Assembly (NCBI GenBank): GCA_030264375.1
Contig: JASCQW010000027.1
Span: forward strand, 75,224,067-75,288,066
Source: Carcharhinus longimanus
Taxonomy: Eukaryota
DNA: 64,000 bases
Direction of reading: 5' to 3'
The notes below the pieces were generated by a model. It ran no database searches. It worked only from the letters and a program-made list of their open reading frames with translations, and was not told the origin of the DNA. Positions 1-10,770 of this stretch are shown piece by piece (within the stretch, counting starts at the first letter, position 1; the number at the start of each line of letters is the position of its first letter). A program made the position numbers and the translations under genes.

Positions 1-165
1 AGCAAATTTACTAACCCACCCTTCAGCCCCTTCTTCCAAGTCATTGATAAAAATCACAAAAAGCAGAGGACCCAGCATTGACCCCTGTGATACACCGCAG
101 GTAACTGGCCTCCAGTCTGAAAATTTTCCCTCCACCACCACCCTCTGTCTTCTATGATACAGCTG
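1..165 (-). mobile_element. CR1/HER1 LINE reverse-transcriptase fragment
   Basis: Minus strand translates to [51 protein letters not shown], the CR1 RT core. Confidence 0.9.
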
Positions 166-1411
166 GCAATTTATAGGACTTACAAATTTTCTTATGTGTT
201 ACTTGTTTGGGTGCTTGTAACTACTTCATTACTATTGCGCCTCCTTAAGTTTCTCCAACAGATAAATAGAAACTTATTTGACAATCCGGTATAATTGCAG
301 ATATAAGACATTGTACCGAGTTAGCATTCAGTGGTGACCAATGATCCTACAATTAATAAGGTAAAATGGTATCACTGCAATATTGTTGTTTGTTTTTACC
401 TTTGCTTTATTTGGCCCATTGGCATCATCTTGTTTCTTCACTGGCTTTCTTCAAACCTACTTCAGTCCAATACTCATCCACCCATCTTCTTCCATTTCTG
501 TTTTACCCTCCATTTCTCCTTCAATAATTGTCAGGATAGGGCTGTTGAGTTTTTCTTTCCAGTGTCCATACTTGGCTATCATTCTCTTTAGCTGTAGTTG
601 GCAACCCTTTTGATTCCTGAACTTCTACTTTTGATCTAACCCACTTGTTTTTCTTTGTTCATCCACTTCAGTTAGAATATCACAATTCATGTAAAACAGT
701 TGTCTTCCATGCTACCGTTGAAGGCTGCCATTGACTTTATTAGTCTCTTTCGGTTTCTGTTCATTACTATATTCCTCAGTTAAACTTCCTATTGTAGAAA
801 CTTTTCACATATTGAGCAGAGGAAGAAATACATACCATTGTTCAAGTTTCACTGCTGCATTTTTTAACTTCATTCAAACTCATTGATGTATTATTATACC
901 CCTGTTGCAGGCTTGCAGCTATCGTTGTATAATGTAGAAATCTATAAATTGTGAAAAGACAAAATCTTACCTTGAAATTCTGTATCTACTGGTCCTGAGT
1001 GACTAACGGTAGAATTACCTTAGGCCATGCGTGGTTTTCATCTCAGCAATCTCAATGGAAAAAAATAATCCCTTCAAGAGCTTGTCACAATATTTCTGAT
1101 TTAATTTGAATCCTTGAATTTTTTTTCCTCAAATTACAAAAAAACTGAACAAAGAAAATGATTGATTTTCAACTGTCACTTTAACCCCATCTTGTTCCTA
1201 CACTGATAGGTTTACTGGAGAAGCCAGCATCAAATGGAGCATTTTTCTTTTATTCTTCCAAATCTTGAGTTTTGAAATTAAAGTCTTGTAGTTACATGCA
1301 TGCTGTTCATCACAACTTGGGCATCATATTTTTATGTGCACATTACTCACCTAATAGGCTCAAATTTCATATTCAAAAAGTAACTAATTAAATAGGTAAT
1401 ATCTGATCATA

Positions 1412-1690
1412 CCGTAGAATCCCTACAGTGCAGAAGAGGGCCATATGGCCCATTGAGCCTACACTAACAATCCCACCCAATAACTCCATGTGTTTACTCT
1501 GCTAATTCCCCTGACACTAAAGGGCAATTTAGTATGGCCAATCAACCTAACCAGCTCACCTTTGGACTGTGGGAGGAAACCCATGCAGACTTAGAGAGAA
1601 CATGTGAATGCCACACAGTCACCCAAGGCTAGAATTGAACCCAGGTCCCTGACACCGAGAGGCAGCAGTGCTAATCACTGTGCCACCGTG
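1412..1690 (-). mobile_element. HE1-like V-SINE with HER1-type tail
   Basis: tRNA-like head (cacggtggcacagtgattagcactgctgcc...gggttcaattc on minus), V-domain gggtttcctcccacagtcc, tail ctgcactgtagggattcta. Confidence 0.9.
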
Positions 1691-3431
1691 TAGCTATAGT
1701 AGTTACACTTACAAAGGATATATGAATGCAACTAATTCTGCAGCAAAAAAAATATATCTATACAATATATAAAGGGAACCAATAAAGTTCTTTAAAATAC
1801 TCTTCACAAAGCATTTTTGACTATCATATTTGTTTCTCCTCCAAAAGTAGGACTTAGTATCGGAAAAAAAATTGTTATGAAACAGTGAATTAATTTACAA
1901 GAAAATGATCAGTCGAATAAAGTAATAGAATTCCGTGTGTTTACAATGCAATGCCTCCAATATTTTCCATTGGAGGCCTGTTCCTGGCTGAAGCCTGAGT
2001 CTTTTGTTCATAGATGCTCTCAGGCCCATTATTCAAAGCTGAATAGACTCAATGATGTAGCAGCTTACAGCTCCTAGCATGCTTTGAGCCTGCAGATTTT
2101 TTATGGTTGACGGCGAGGCTTGCCATTTGCTGAGCATGGCACATCATATTGTTAATGAGCTTTAAGCACTATTCCAGTCCAGTGTATCAAAAATTAATGC
2201 AGATTAAAGTTCCAAAGGAAATTATATTTTTATAACTAGAAGTTGTACTTTTTGACTGAAAACTTCAAAACAAAATATAAAATCGACTTCACAACTTTCT
2301 TCTGAGGTAACTTTTAGAAACAGTATGTACTGTACACTAGCTGATCTGCAACTATGATTCACAAGTACAGCAGGGAGTCAAACTACTGAGGAGAAAACCA
2401 ACAAATGGATAGGATTAGGCAGAAGAACTTAGTCTTTGTATTCTGTAGTGCATTCTAAATCCCTACCAGCTGCATTTCTTGCATTTATGTTTATCTTAGA
2501 ATTAAAAAAAAGCCAAAAAGAACTAATTGATATGAACAATATCTGTTAAACAAAAAGTGGATGGCTGATTTGCCTATTTCTGCTAGCATGGTGAGGATCT
2601 GCTCGACAGTCAGCAATAGTTTTATACAATTGTGAGCTACTCCAGGTGTTGGATGTGGCCTACTCTGTGGAATTGGATTTAAGGAGTGCCTAGCGGGGTG
2701 TATTTCTCATGTTTTTATTTATCCACAAAAAGATGGACTGAAGTTGACCAAAAGGTGATCATGCAGTTCCCAGACTCAATATTTAACTACTTCATCCTCT
2801 ACCTGTCAAAAAAGTATCTAAAGTACAGCTGAGATCTCAAAATGTTAGTTTTGTTACACAAGTGGTAATGGAATAGCATGAAAAGCAACTTAATCAATTT
2901 TAGATTCACTGTATAGCATACTCCGACTGCAGTTTTGATTTTGAGTGCTTTGCAGTATGATTAAGCAAAATGTTCAAATTCTTTGTGGTTCTCTCTGTAA
3001 GTTCACCATTCAGAGTCCATTCACCCAGATAACAATTTATATTCCCAAGCTCTGGCAATAGATGACAAAGCACTTCCAACAGCCCATTGTCCCAATAGTT
3101 GCAAATGTAATTCCTACTTTATTCTCATTTCAGATAGGAAAATTATTCTTTCCAGTGCAATTCCAGTCAACAGGTCCTGTCTATTTAGTGAATTCTGAGT
3201 TATTCACTGCTTTATCACTGGCCTTTGTACATATTTACATCTGATGTATATTTCTTACATTAAACAGCAATTACTCTTGAAAAAATACTTCATTCACTCT
3301 GAGATGTCCTGAGGCCATGAAAAGCACTACATAACTGCAAGTTATTTCTCTGTTATCTAAGCGGGTCTCATGTTTAATGAAATCCCATTGGCAAACATTC
3401 TATGAATCCTAAAGTGTTTTTATGTGTTTTT

Positions 3432-3930
3432 TTTCTTTTGTGGGATTACTAGCAAAGCCAGTATTTGTTGCCAAACCCTAAATGCCCCTGAGCTGAACTG
3501 ACTGGCTTGCTATAAGTGTTATTAAAAATCAAGCACGTTGAGTCACATATAGGCCAGTTGAGTCACATATAGGCCAGTCCAGGTAAAGATGGCAGATTTC
3601 CTTGCCTAAAGGGCATTAGTGAATCAGATAGATTTTTACAACAATCAATTATTATTTCATAATCACCATTACCGAGTATAAGTTTCAATTCCAGAAGTTT
3701 ACAGATTGAATTTAAATTCCACTAANNNNNNNNNNNNNNNNNNNNNNNNNNNNNNNNNNNNNNNNNNNNNNNNNNNNNNNNNNNNNNNNNNNNNNNNNNN
3801 NNNNNNNNNNNNNNNNNNNNNNNNNTTACAGATTGAATTTAAATTCCACTAACCGCTATGGTGGGATTTGAACTCATGGCCTCAGAACATTAGCCTGAGC
3901 CTTTGGATTACTAGTCCAATGATATTACCA
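3432..3930 (-). mobile_element. tRNA-derived SINE with Crack/CR1-like LINE 3' tail (spans a gap)
   Basis: Head ggtaatatcattggactagtaatcc...gagttcaaatcccacc on minus. Tail gggtttggcaacaaatactggctttgctag resembles the LINE ends at about 8620-8680 and 34120-34175. Contains a 20-bp tandem duplication at 3537-3576. Confidence 0.75.
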
Positions 3931-4062
3931 TCTTGTGTGTGCTTGATGTTGTACTCTGCTAGACTCTAGTACTTCTCATCATTGGTTGCTTGGGTGTTTG
4001 TTCTCTTCTCGGAGACACACTTGGAGACAAGAGGAAGAAGTGCTATTCTCCATAGAGTTATA

Positions 4063-4197
4063 GGCCAGAATTCTCCAGCCATTCAAGCCCCACCACTGCT
4101 GTCATTGAGAACAGAGAATTTGGCACTCAGCCAAATCTCCGCTCGCTGTAGCAGAACTGGAGAATCCCAGCTGCGGGCAATGTCGGTGAACCCGGCC
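4063..4197. mobile_element. Short palindromic MITE (Harbinger/PIF-like termini)
   Basis: Imperfect TIR GGCCAGAATTCTCC...GGTGAACCCGGCC flanked by TATA on both sides; internal hairpin gagaatttggc-actca-gccaaatctc. Confidence 0.7.
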
Positions 4198-5002
4198 TAT
4201 AATCTTGGGAGAGCTGAGTAGCAGTCATTAATGTCCCCTCAGAGTACAAAATGTATCAAACATTGTCATGGTTCAACTTATTAGAATGTGCCTTAAATGG
4301 GTGTTGATTTGATTTTAAAAAAACAAGATCTGGTGTCTCAAGCTTTTATTTTTGTAATGTTGTAGTTCTAGATGAGCATCTGTCTGGTTGAATACTCACC
4401 AATTGTGCATCTGTATTCATCATTGATGTAGCTCGAACCTTGTGTCAAATAAAGCCAAGCTTCAAATTGATTGCCCCACGGAGGTAAAATTCTGTATGCC
4501 ACAAATTTGAGCCTCCAACTGACCCAAAACCTACTTAATTCATATTTGTTTAATTAAAAGTATCTGAATTCCCAAATGTTAACACATTTTGGTGTACAAT
4601 ATGCAGTTTTAAATTTTAAAACCAAAAAATGACTTTGATGTATTGAAGAGATGAACTTTCACCAAGTGGTGGGAAGTTGGTTGCAACAGTTTATTTCTCA
4701 CAGTCTGTTATATAACCTGCCACGTGTTCCTTTTCATTGATGAGGGAAAAGTATGTAGCTGTGACAGTGAAAATGAAACTCTACCTTGTGTATTGTCAAA
4801 TATATTCCTTACACAGATACAAACGAAGCAGTTTGCACACGGCATGTTCTTGCTGCGCACTGAAGTGATTTTAGCACTGTTGGCATTTATCAGAGTTCCT
4901 TACTAACTCGCAGCAATCAAGGCTTTGGCCCTCAACAGAAACGACCCAGTTTGTTGGGGGGTGGTGGTGGATAGCACACGAGGTGGATTTGGTCACTTGA
5001 GA

Positions 5003-5100
5003 CATTCTCTCTCCACAGATGCTGTCAGACTTGCTGAGATTTTCCAACATTTTCTGCTTTTATTTCAGATTTCAGCATCCACAGTATTTTGCTTTTATTA
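5003..5100 (+). mobile_element. Penelope-like element terminal fragment
   Basis: ctctccacagatgctgtcagacttgctgag...tttcagcatccacagtattttgctttt; same motif at about 25560, 33275, 33620 and 58500 (reverse). Confidence 0.65.
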
Positions 5101-5199
5101 TTAAAAGGGTGTAAATGTTTGACTGTGTTAATGTTCTTCCCCCGTAGTAGGGACATCACTCCCTACTCCCTCCATCAATCCATTTTCCTGAAAGCAAAC

Positions 5200-6180
5200 C
5201 AAGGAGACCATCAGTTGGCCCAAAGACGTGTGCAGCATGAGGTCAGGAAGAGAGTTCATGCCATCAAGGGAAAACCAGCACAAATAGATAGATGTTGTGC
5301 TGACAGAAGTCAAACGTGTGCCAGACTGGTTCGCTGATGTGTGCTGCCGTTGCTCTCTGCCTGCTGTCCGGGGCGCTCGGCTGCATTGTGAATTGGGGGA
5401 GCCGTGCCCCAGCGGCGGGGAAGCCAATTTCGCTCGTGTAGGAGGCAATTAACAGTAAGGTTCCCAAAGGCATTTTCCTGCAGCCGCATGGGAGCCCTGC
5501 TGAGTCAGCAGCTTGTGTGTGAGGTGGGGGGATTAGATCGGAGCGCAATGGAAATAAAATGCAGTCTACCTACTGCAAGTGAAAATGAGCAAGCCAGAGG
5601 TTTAGCACCTCCCGGAGACTGCGGTAACAAGCAGGATTGGCAATGAAGCAAGTGGCTGTTGCTGTGCTTAGCTGTTGTGTGCCTCCATTTTGTGCATCAG
5701 GAGCACTCACTGCAAACACATACACTGAGGCTGCTGGCAATTCACTCACCCCGAGCTCAATCGCCCTCCTGCCTGTTCAACCCACTCGCTATCCCCAGCT
5801 TCCTCCCGGAAGTTTAGGCTATTGTCGTGGCTCTCGGATTCGCAGCCCCTCGAAAATGGTCCCACTTCCCAAAGAAAAAAATAAATGAAAGATAATCCNN
5901 NNNNNNNNNNNNNNNNNNNNNNNNNNNNNNNNNNNNNNNNNNNNNNNNNNNNNNNNNNNNNNNNNNNNNNNNNNNNNNNNNNNNNNNNNNNNNNNNNNCG
6001 ATCTTTAAGTCTTTGATTCTGATGAGCCTGAGTCGGCTCAGCGACTGCACTCTTGTCATGCTCAAGTGGTTGCCATTGCTGCAGTGCAACAGCTCCTGGG
6101 AAAGGATCTGTTGAGGGTCCCTTGTGTGCTTTCCTGGCTACCCTCTTCCTCCACCCGCCTCGGTCTGATGAACTGCAAAG
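5200..6180. promoter_or_regulatory. CpG-enriched non-repetitive island, candidate promoter/enhancer
   Basis: About 25 CpGs by my count in 5221-5860 against a CpG-poor background. Perfect T-MARE TGCTGAGTCAGCA 5498-5510, ETS CCGGAAGT 5806-5813, CCAAT boxes near 5424 and 5636 (reverse), YY1-like CCATTTT/AAAATGG, GC-box-like CCACCCGCC near 6151. Interrupted by the gap 5899-5998. Confidence 0.55.
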
Positions 6181-6552
6181 TACTCATCAATAATTCCCAG
6201 CTCCAGTCTCTGAAACAGAAAACTCCTTTGTACCACTAGCTTCTGCTGAAGGGTTGACACTTCCACCTTTGTTGAAGCTGCTCTATTTCTCACCTGGGGT
6301 AAATTATTCATTTTTCAAATTGAATCTGCGGATTGCAGCACAAATTCATCTTTCAATGATTCTTAATAGTCTTGCCTCTTAACTGTCTTTTTGGAAATTA
6401 CTAATGTTCAGACCAATTATAAACATTCTCTGATATGAAGAACCATCCTTTGGCTCTCCCTCCTGATGTGTTACTCCCTATTTCTGTTTCATTTTGCTAA
6501 AATCAGTGGAGGAGCTCTGTCAGACGCTTTGTATTATCGCTGTAAAACAACT

Positions 6553-6800
6553 AGATATGGAATGAGAAGACTTTTTTTCACTGAGTCCTGAGTCTTTGGA
6601 AATCTCTTCCCCGGGGAGTGGTGGAAGGAAGGGCTTTGAATGTTTTTAAAGGAGAGGTAGATAGCTTCTTGACTAACCAAGGGAGTCAAAGATTATCGGG
6701 ATAGGTGGGAATGTGGAGTTGAGGCCACACTCCGAGCAGCCATGATCTTAGTGAATGACAGGCCATATGGCTTACTTCTGCTGTTAATTTCAATGTTTGT
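6553..6800 (+). mobile_element. CR1 LINE 3' end
   Basis: tttttcactgag...tggaaatctcttcc...gaggtagatagcttcttgact...cagccatgatctt...atggcttacttctgct, the typical CR1 ORF2 end and 3' UTR. Confidence 0.8.
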
Positions 6801-7090
6801 AAAATTATAAAATACATACAGTGGACATGAAATGCTCTGACACAAATAAAGTACTTCATTTTTTAGATCAGTATCTTGTGTCCTCTCTATTACCTGCATT
6901 TGTAATTGAGCAGAGAACAGTTGGAAGTTTACACATTTGGAATGTTCGCTGGCATGACAGGCTTAGCTATAGCAGTTATTTTTTTTGTCTCTTGTAATTG
7001 TAAGCTGCAATCTTGTCTAATACCTTTTTTGGATGCTTGGTTATTTTGGTGCACAAGTTTGTTTAGTTTCGCATTAGCTGAACCAGTGTA

Positions 7091-7395
7091 CATAGAATCA
7101 TACAGTGCAGAAAAGGCCCTTTGCACTGATACATTAGAAACACCTGAACTCCCATCTAATCCCATCTGCCAGCACTTGGCCCATATCCCTGAACGTTAAG
7201 ATGTACCAAGGGCTCATCCAGATAGCTTTTAAAAGATGTGAGGCAAGCCACCTCTAACACCCTCCCAGGAAGCAAATTCCAGACCTCACAGCCATCTCAG
7301 TAAAAACATTATTTTTTCATATCCTCCCTAAATCTCCTGCCCCTCATCTTGAACCTGTGTCCCCTCATGACCTATCTTTCAACTAAGGGGAACAT
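7091..7395 (-). mobile_element. HER1/CR1 LINE 3' end
   Basis: catagaatcatacagtgcagaaaaggccc tail followed by reverse-complemented ORF2 C-terminus (ttccagacc...cttgaacctgtgtcccctc). Confidence 0.8.
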
Positions 7396-7889
7396 CATTT
7401 GAGTTGTTGAGGCATGGGAATCTGTTTGTTGAAAGTGGCGCCAAGAACATTGTCTCAAATGTCTAATTGGTCCTATTCCTCATTCAGCAGAAAGGATGAT
7501 GATGATGACCATCAAAGAACATCCTTCAAGGTTGCCACTTGCTGTTGGTTTGACAAATAAATACTTTATCCATTTAGTGCTAATGGTTTTGACTGATACA
7601 TTGCAGGCTCTTGGATATGAGGAACTTGCAATGGAGTCCGCTTAATCAGTTCTCAGTTAATGAATCGCTGATGACATTGCATGTCAGTTCTTTCATGATG
7701 GATTGAATTGAGCCAATCACCAGTCCAATGTCTATGTCAGAAAGAGAGTTATGTATTTCAGGCACAGAACCATCATCCAGCTCACTTGACCACTGTGAAT
7801 TTTCTGCTGCTGCTTGAATGTTGTTACTTTGCTGATCTCTGATTACCCTCTCCTTGAAGATACCTCAGCCTTTGACTGATAGCTTTCCA

Positions 7890-8200
7890 TTTCAGATTGG
7901 CATTGACTAATTGAGATGTAAGCTCTTCAAGCCAGATGAGTGCTGGAAAACTCTGACTCAATACAGGCAAAGCTAAAGCCATCCTGTTTGAATCTTACAA
8001 GAAACTGCACTTTAGACTCATTCAGTTTTCATCTGCAGTTGTCCATTTAAGGTTGAAGAATTTTCAATGTCGTGTTTGTTCCTGAATTGAGTTGAAATTT
8101 GATATCTTGTTAGTCACGAAGACTGCTTTCTTCCACTCTTGTATCATCACCACCTCTTTGCATGAGTGACTCAGCCCCAGCTAAAACTCTGACACCCACA
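7890..8200 (+). mobile_element. Highly decayed L2-like LINE fragment
   Basis: ctgactcaatacaggcaaagctaaagccatcctgtttg resembles the L2 post-RT LxLNxxKTEAIxF motif; gaagactgctttcttccac also fits. Confidence 0.45.
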
Positions 8201-8619
8201 TCAGAACTGCATACTGTATCTCACTTAGCTCTCACGCGCATCTCCAGCAACCTTGACTCATTCTCTGGCTGTCAGATACTGATTAAAAAATTGTTCTCAT
8301 TCACACATTCATAGCGGTGTTTTACCAACTTGCCACCGGAAACTTTCCTGGGGGTACATTGCAAGTTGCACCTTCCAGTACACTCATCCCTGTATAATAT
8401 ATTCTCCAGACAAAACCATTGCAGGCTCCTATATCAGCTGTGTCACATCCTGAAAAGCCGTGACACTTTTCTCTGTCTCAGCAAGTCCTTAGAATTATTG
8501 TTACCCTCCTAGATCAGCAATTTGTTTCAGATTCCTACCAAACCTTGTTCCAAATTTTTGCCAGTTTGAAGACTTTTTCATTGTTCTGTCACTTCCAAGC
8601 CTTTCTTATTGTTTTAATT

Positions 8620-9310
8620 TATTCATGGGAAGCGGGCATTCCTGGCTAGGTATTTATTGTCCATCCCTAATTGCCCTTGAGGAGATGGTTGTGAGCTGAC
8701 TTCTTGAATTGCTGCAGTCCATGTTGTCGGTATGTCTACATTTCTATTCGGGAGGGAGTTCCAGGGCCCAGCAACTGTGAAGGGACAGCAATATATTTCC
8801 AAGTTGGGATAGTGTGTGGCATGGAGGGGACTTCCGTGTGCTACTGTTTCCATACATTTTCTGCGTTTGTCCTCTTAGACATTAATGATTGTATGTTTGG
8901 AAGGTGTTATCTTAGGAGGCTTGCAGTACATTTTTTTGATGGCACACATTGCTACCACTGTGTGTTGGTGGGGAAGGGAGTGAATGTTTGTGGATCGAGT
9001 GCTCATCAAGTGAGCTGCCTTGTCCTGGATGGTGTTGAGCTTGTTGAGAATTGTTGGACCTGCACTCATCCAGGCAAGTGGAACTTATTCCACCATGCTG
9101 CTGATGTGCCTTGTAGATGGTGGAGCGGAGCAAGGGGCGAGTTCCTCACTAAAGGATTGAGCCTCTGACCTGCTTTTGTCCCAATTTTTATATGGCTAGT
9201 CTAATAACCTCTAGGATGTTGGTAGTGGAATTCAGTGATGATAATGTCATTGAATGTTAGGGGCGATGGTTAGCGTCTGTCTTGTCTGGCACTTGGGTGC
9301 CTCAAATGTT
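8620..9310 (-). mobile_element. Crack/CR1-clade LINE 3' fragment
   Basis: ORF fragments STIYKA, AGPTILNKLNTIQDKAAHLMST...NIHSLPHQHTVVAMCAIKKM and PFTVAGPWNSLP; 3' UTR gggcaattagggatggacaataaat. Confidence 0.85.
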
Positions 9311-9449
9311 TTGTTCTCTGTTTTGTCTTATGTTTTGTGTATTAGGAGTTGAAAACTAATTTTGTTATTCAAGACTGGGACTAATTCAGGCTTTGTGAAT
9401 CTGACCATCCAGTTATTTTTTAATATAAATAAATAATTTTCATTTATAT

Positions 9450-10052
9450 AACAGCTTTCATGATTTCAGTATATTCTAAAGTGCTTCAGAACCAGTATTT
9501 TTGAAGTATATTCACTGATGTAATGTGGGAAAATTTGTTTGTAAGTTTCTGCATCACATTAGATGATGTATTTTTATGATATTGGTTGGGGATAAATTTT
9601 GACCAGGGTGCCAGAAAAACTTCCACATTCTTCTCTGATGCGATCCTAGGTTAGTTTATTTCTACATGGCATAGGGAAGGTCAACGTTCAAAGGAAGTGG
9701 GGAGGGTGGGGGAGGAGTTGTACCTTTCATAACCATGGGCCTCTCAAAGCACTTTGCAGTCAGTGGGTTCATAATGTACATTATGAATACAAGCCTGCCA
9801 GTTTGTGCACCGCAAGCTCCCATAAACATCGATATGATAATAGCCAAATAATCTGTTTGTGATATTAATTGAGAAACACACATTTTCCAGGAACCAGGGA
9901 TAATTCCCCTGTTCCTCCTTGAGATAGTCGAGTGGGATGTTTTATATCCAACTGACCTGCACCTCTGACAATGCAATGCTACTTCTAGTGCATTGATATG
10001 CCAGTATTTTTGATCTAGGCCTGACATAGGTGAATGTGCTACCAACTGAGCC
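9450..10052 (-). mobile_element. Deu-domain SINE(s) (SacSINE1/AmnSINE1-like), two adjacent fragments
   Basis: tttgtgcaccgcaagctcccataaaca...aataatctgttt...cagggataattcccctgttcctcctt...gtgctaccaactgagcc; a more decayed copy occupies 9450-9665. Confidence 0.7.
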
Positions 10053-10159
10053 GCTTCGCATGACTTTTATTTATTCATGCCTTTATTTGATGAACCCTAC
10101 TTTTGAAGATATTTATGGTGGTCATGAACATGCAACAAGATTACTGGGATGTGAAATCA

Positions 10160-10452
10160 TGCAGCACAGTGGTCAGCACTGCTGCCTCACAACACTAGGG
10201 GCCTGTGTTCAATTCCCAGCTTGGGTCACTGTCTGTGTGAAGTGTGCGCATTCTCCCCGTGTCTGTGTGGGTTTCCTCCAGGTGCTCCAGTTTCCTCCCA
10301 CGGTCCTAAGATGTGCAAGTTAGGTGAATTGGCCTGCTAAATTCTCCTTTGGTACCTGAACAAGCGCCGGAGTGTGGCGACTAGGGGATTTTCACTGTAA
10401 GTTCATAGCTGTGTGAATGTAAGCCTACTTGTGACATGAATAAACAAACTTT
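10160..10452 (+). mobile_element. V-SINE with alternative (non-HER1) 3' tail
   Basis: cacagtggtcagcactgctgcctcac...gttcaattccc...gggtttcctccaggtgctccagtttcctccc; tail ggggattttcactgtaagttc...gtaagcctacttgtgacatgaataaa. Confidence 0.9.
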
Positions 10453-10770
10453 AGAATCATACAGCATGTGAGGAAGTCATTCAGCCCATCATATCTGTGC
10501 CATTTCATTAATTTGATAGCCATACTAATCTTTTCCCCATAGCTTTGTAACTTTGTCCTTGTCCAGTATTAAATTATTTCTTTTTTGAACATGACCATTG
10601 ATTGTCCTCTTAGCCACCCTTTCAGGTGTGCATTCCAGATCACAATGTGCTGTGTTTAAAAACAAAAATGCTCTTCTCTGTTGCCTCTGGTTCTTTTATC
10701 TGCCATAGCAGATGGTCAGGTTATTGATGTTTGTGCTAATAGAAATGGTTTCTCCATATTTGTAGTGAAA
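10452..10770 (-). mobile_element. CR1 LINE 3' end, decayed
   Basis: tagaatcatacagcat...cattcagcccatc...tgcattccagatcacaa. Confidence 0.7.

Noticed and set aside
5404-5646. ORF containing MGALLS (myristoylation-like) and MEIKCSLP as the first coding exon of DNMT3A
   Set aside because: No similarity to the DNMT3A N-terminus as I recall it, and the nearby donor is phase 1 whereas the 48795 exon needs phase 0.
7491-7530. Acidic mini-exon KDDDDDHQRTSFK
   Set aside because: It derives from a (gat)n microsatellite and the donor (gttgcc) is weak.
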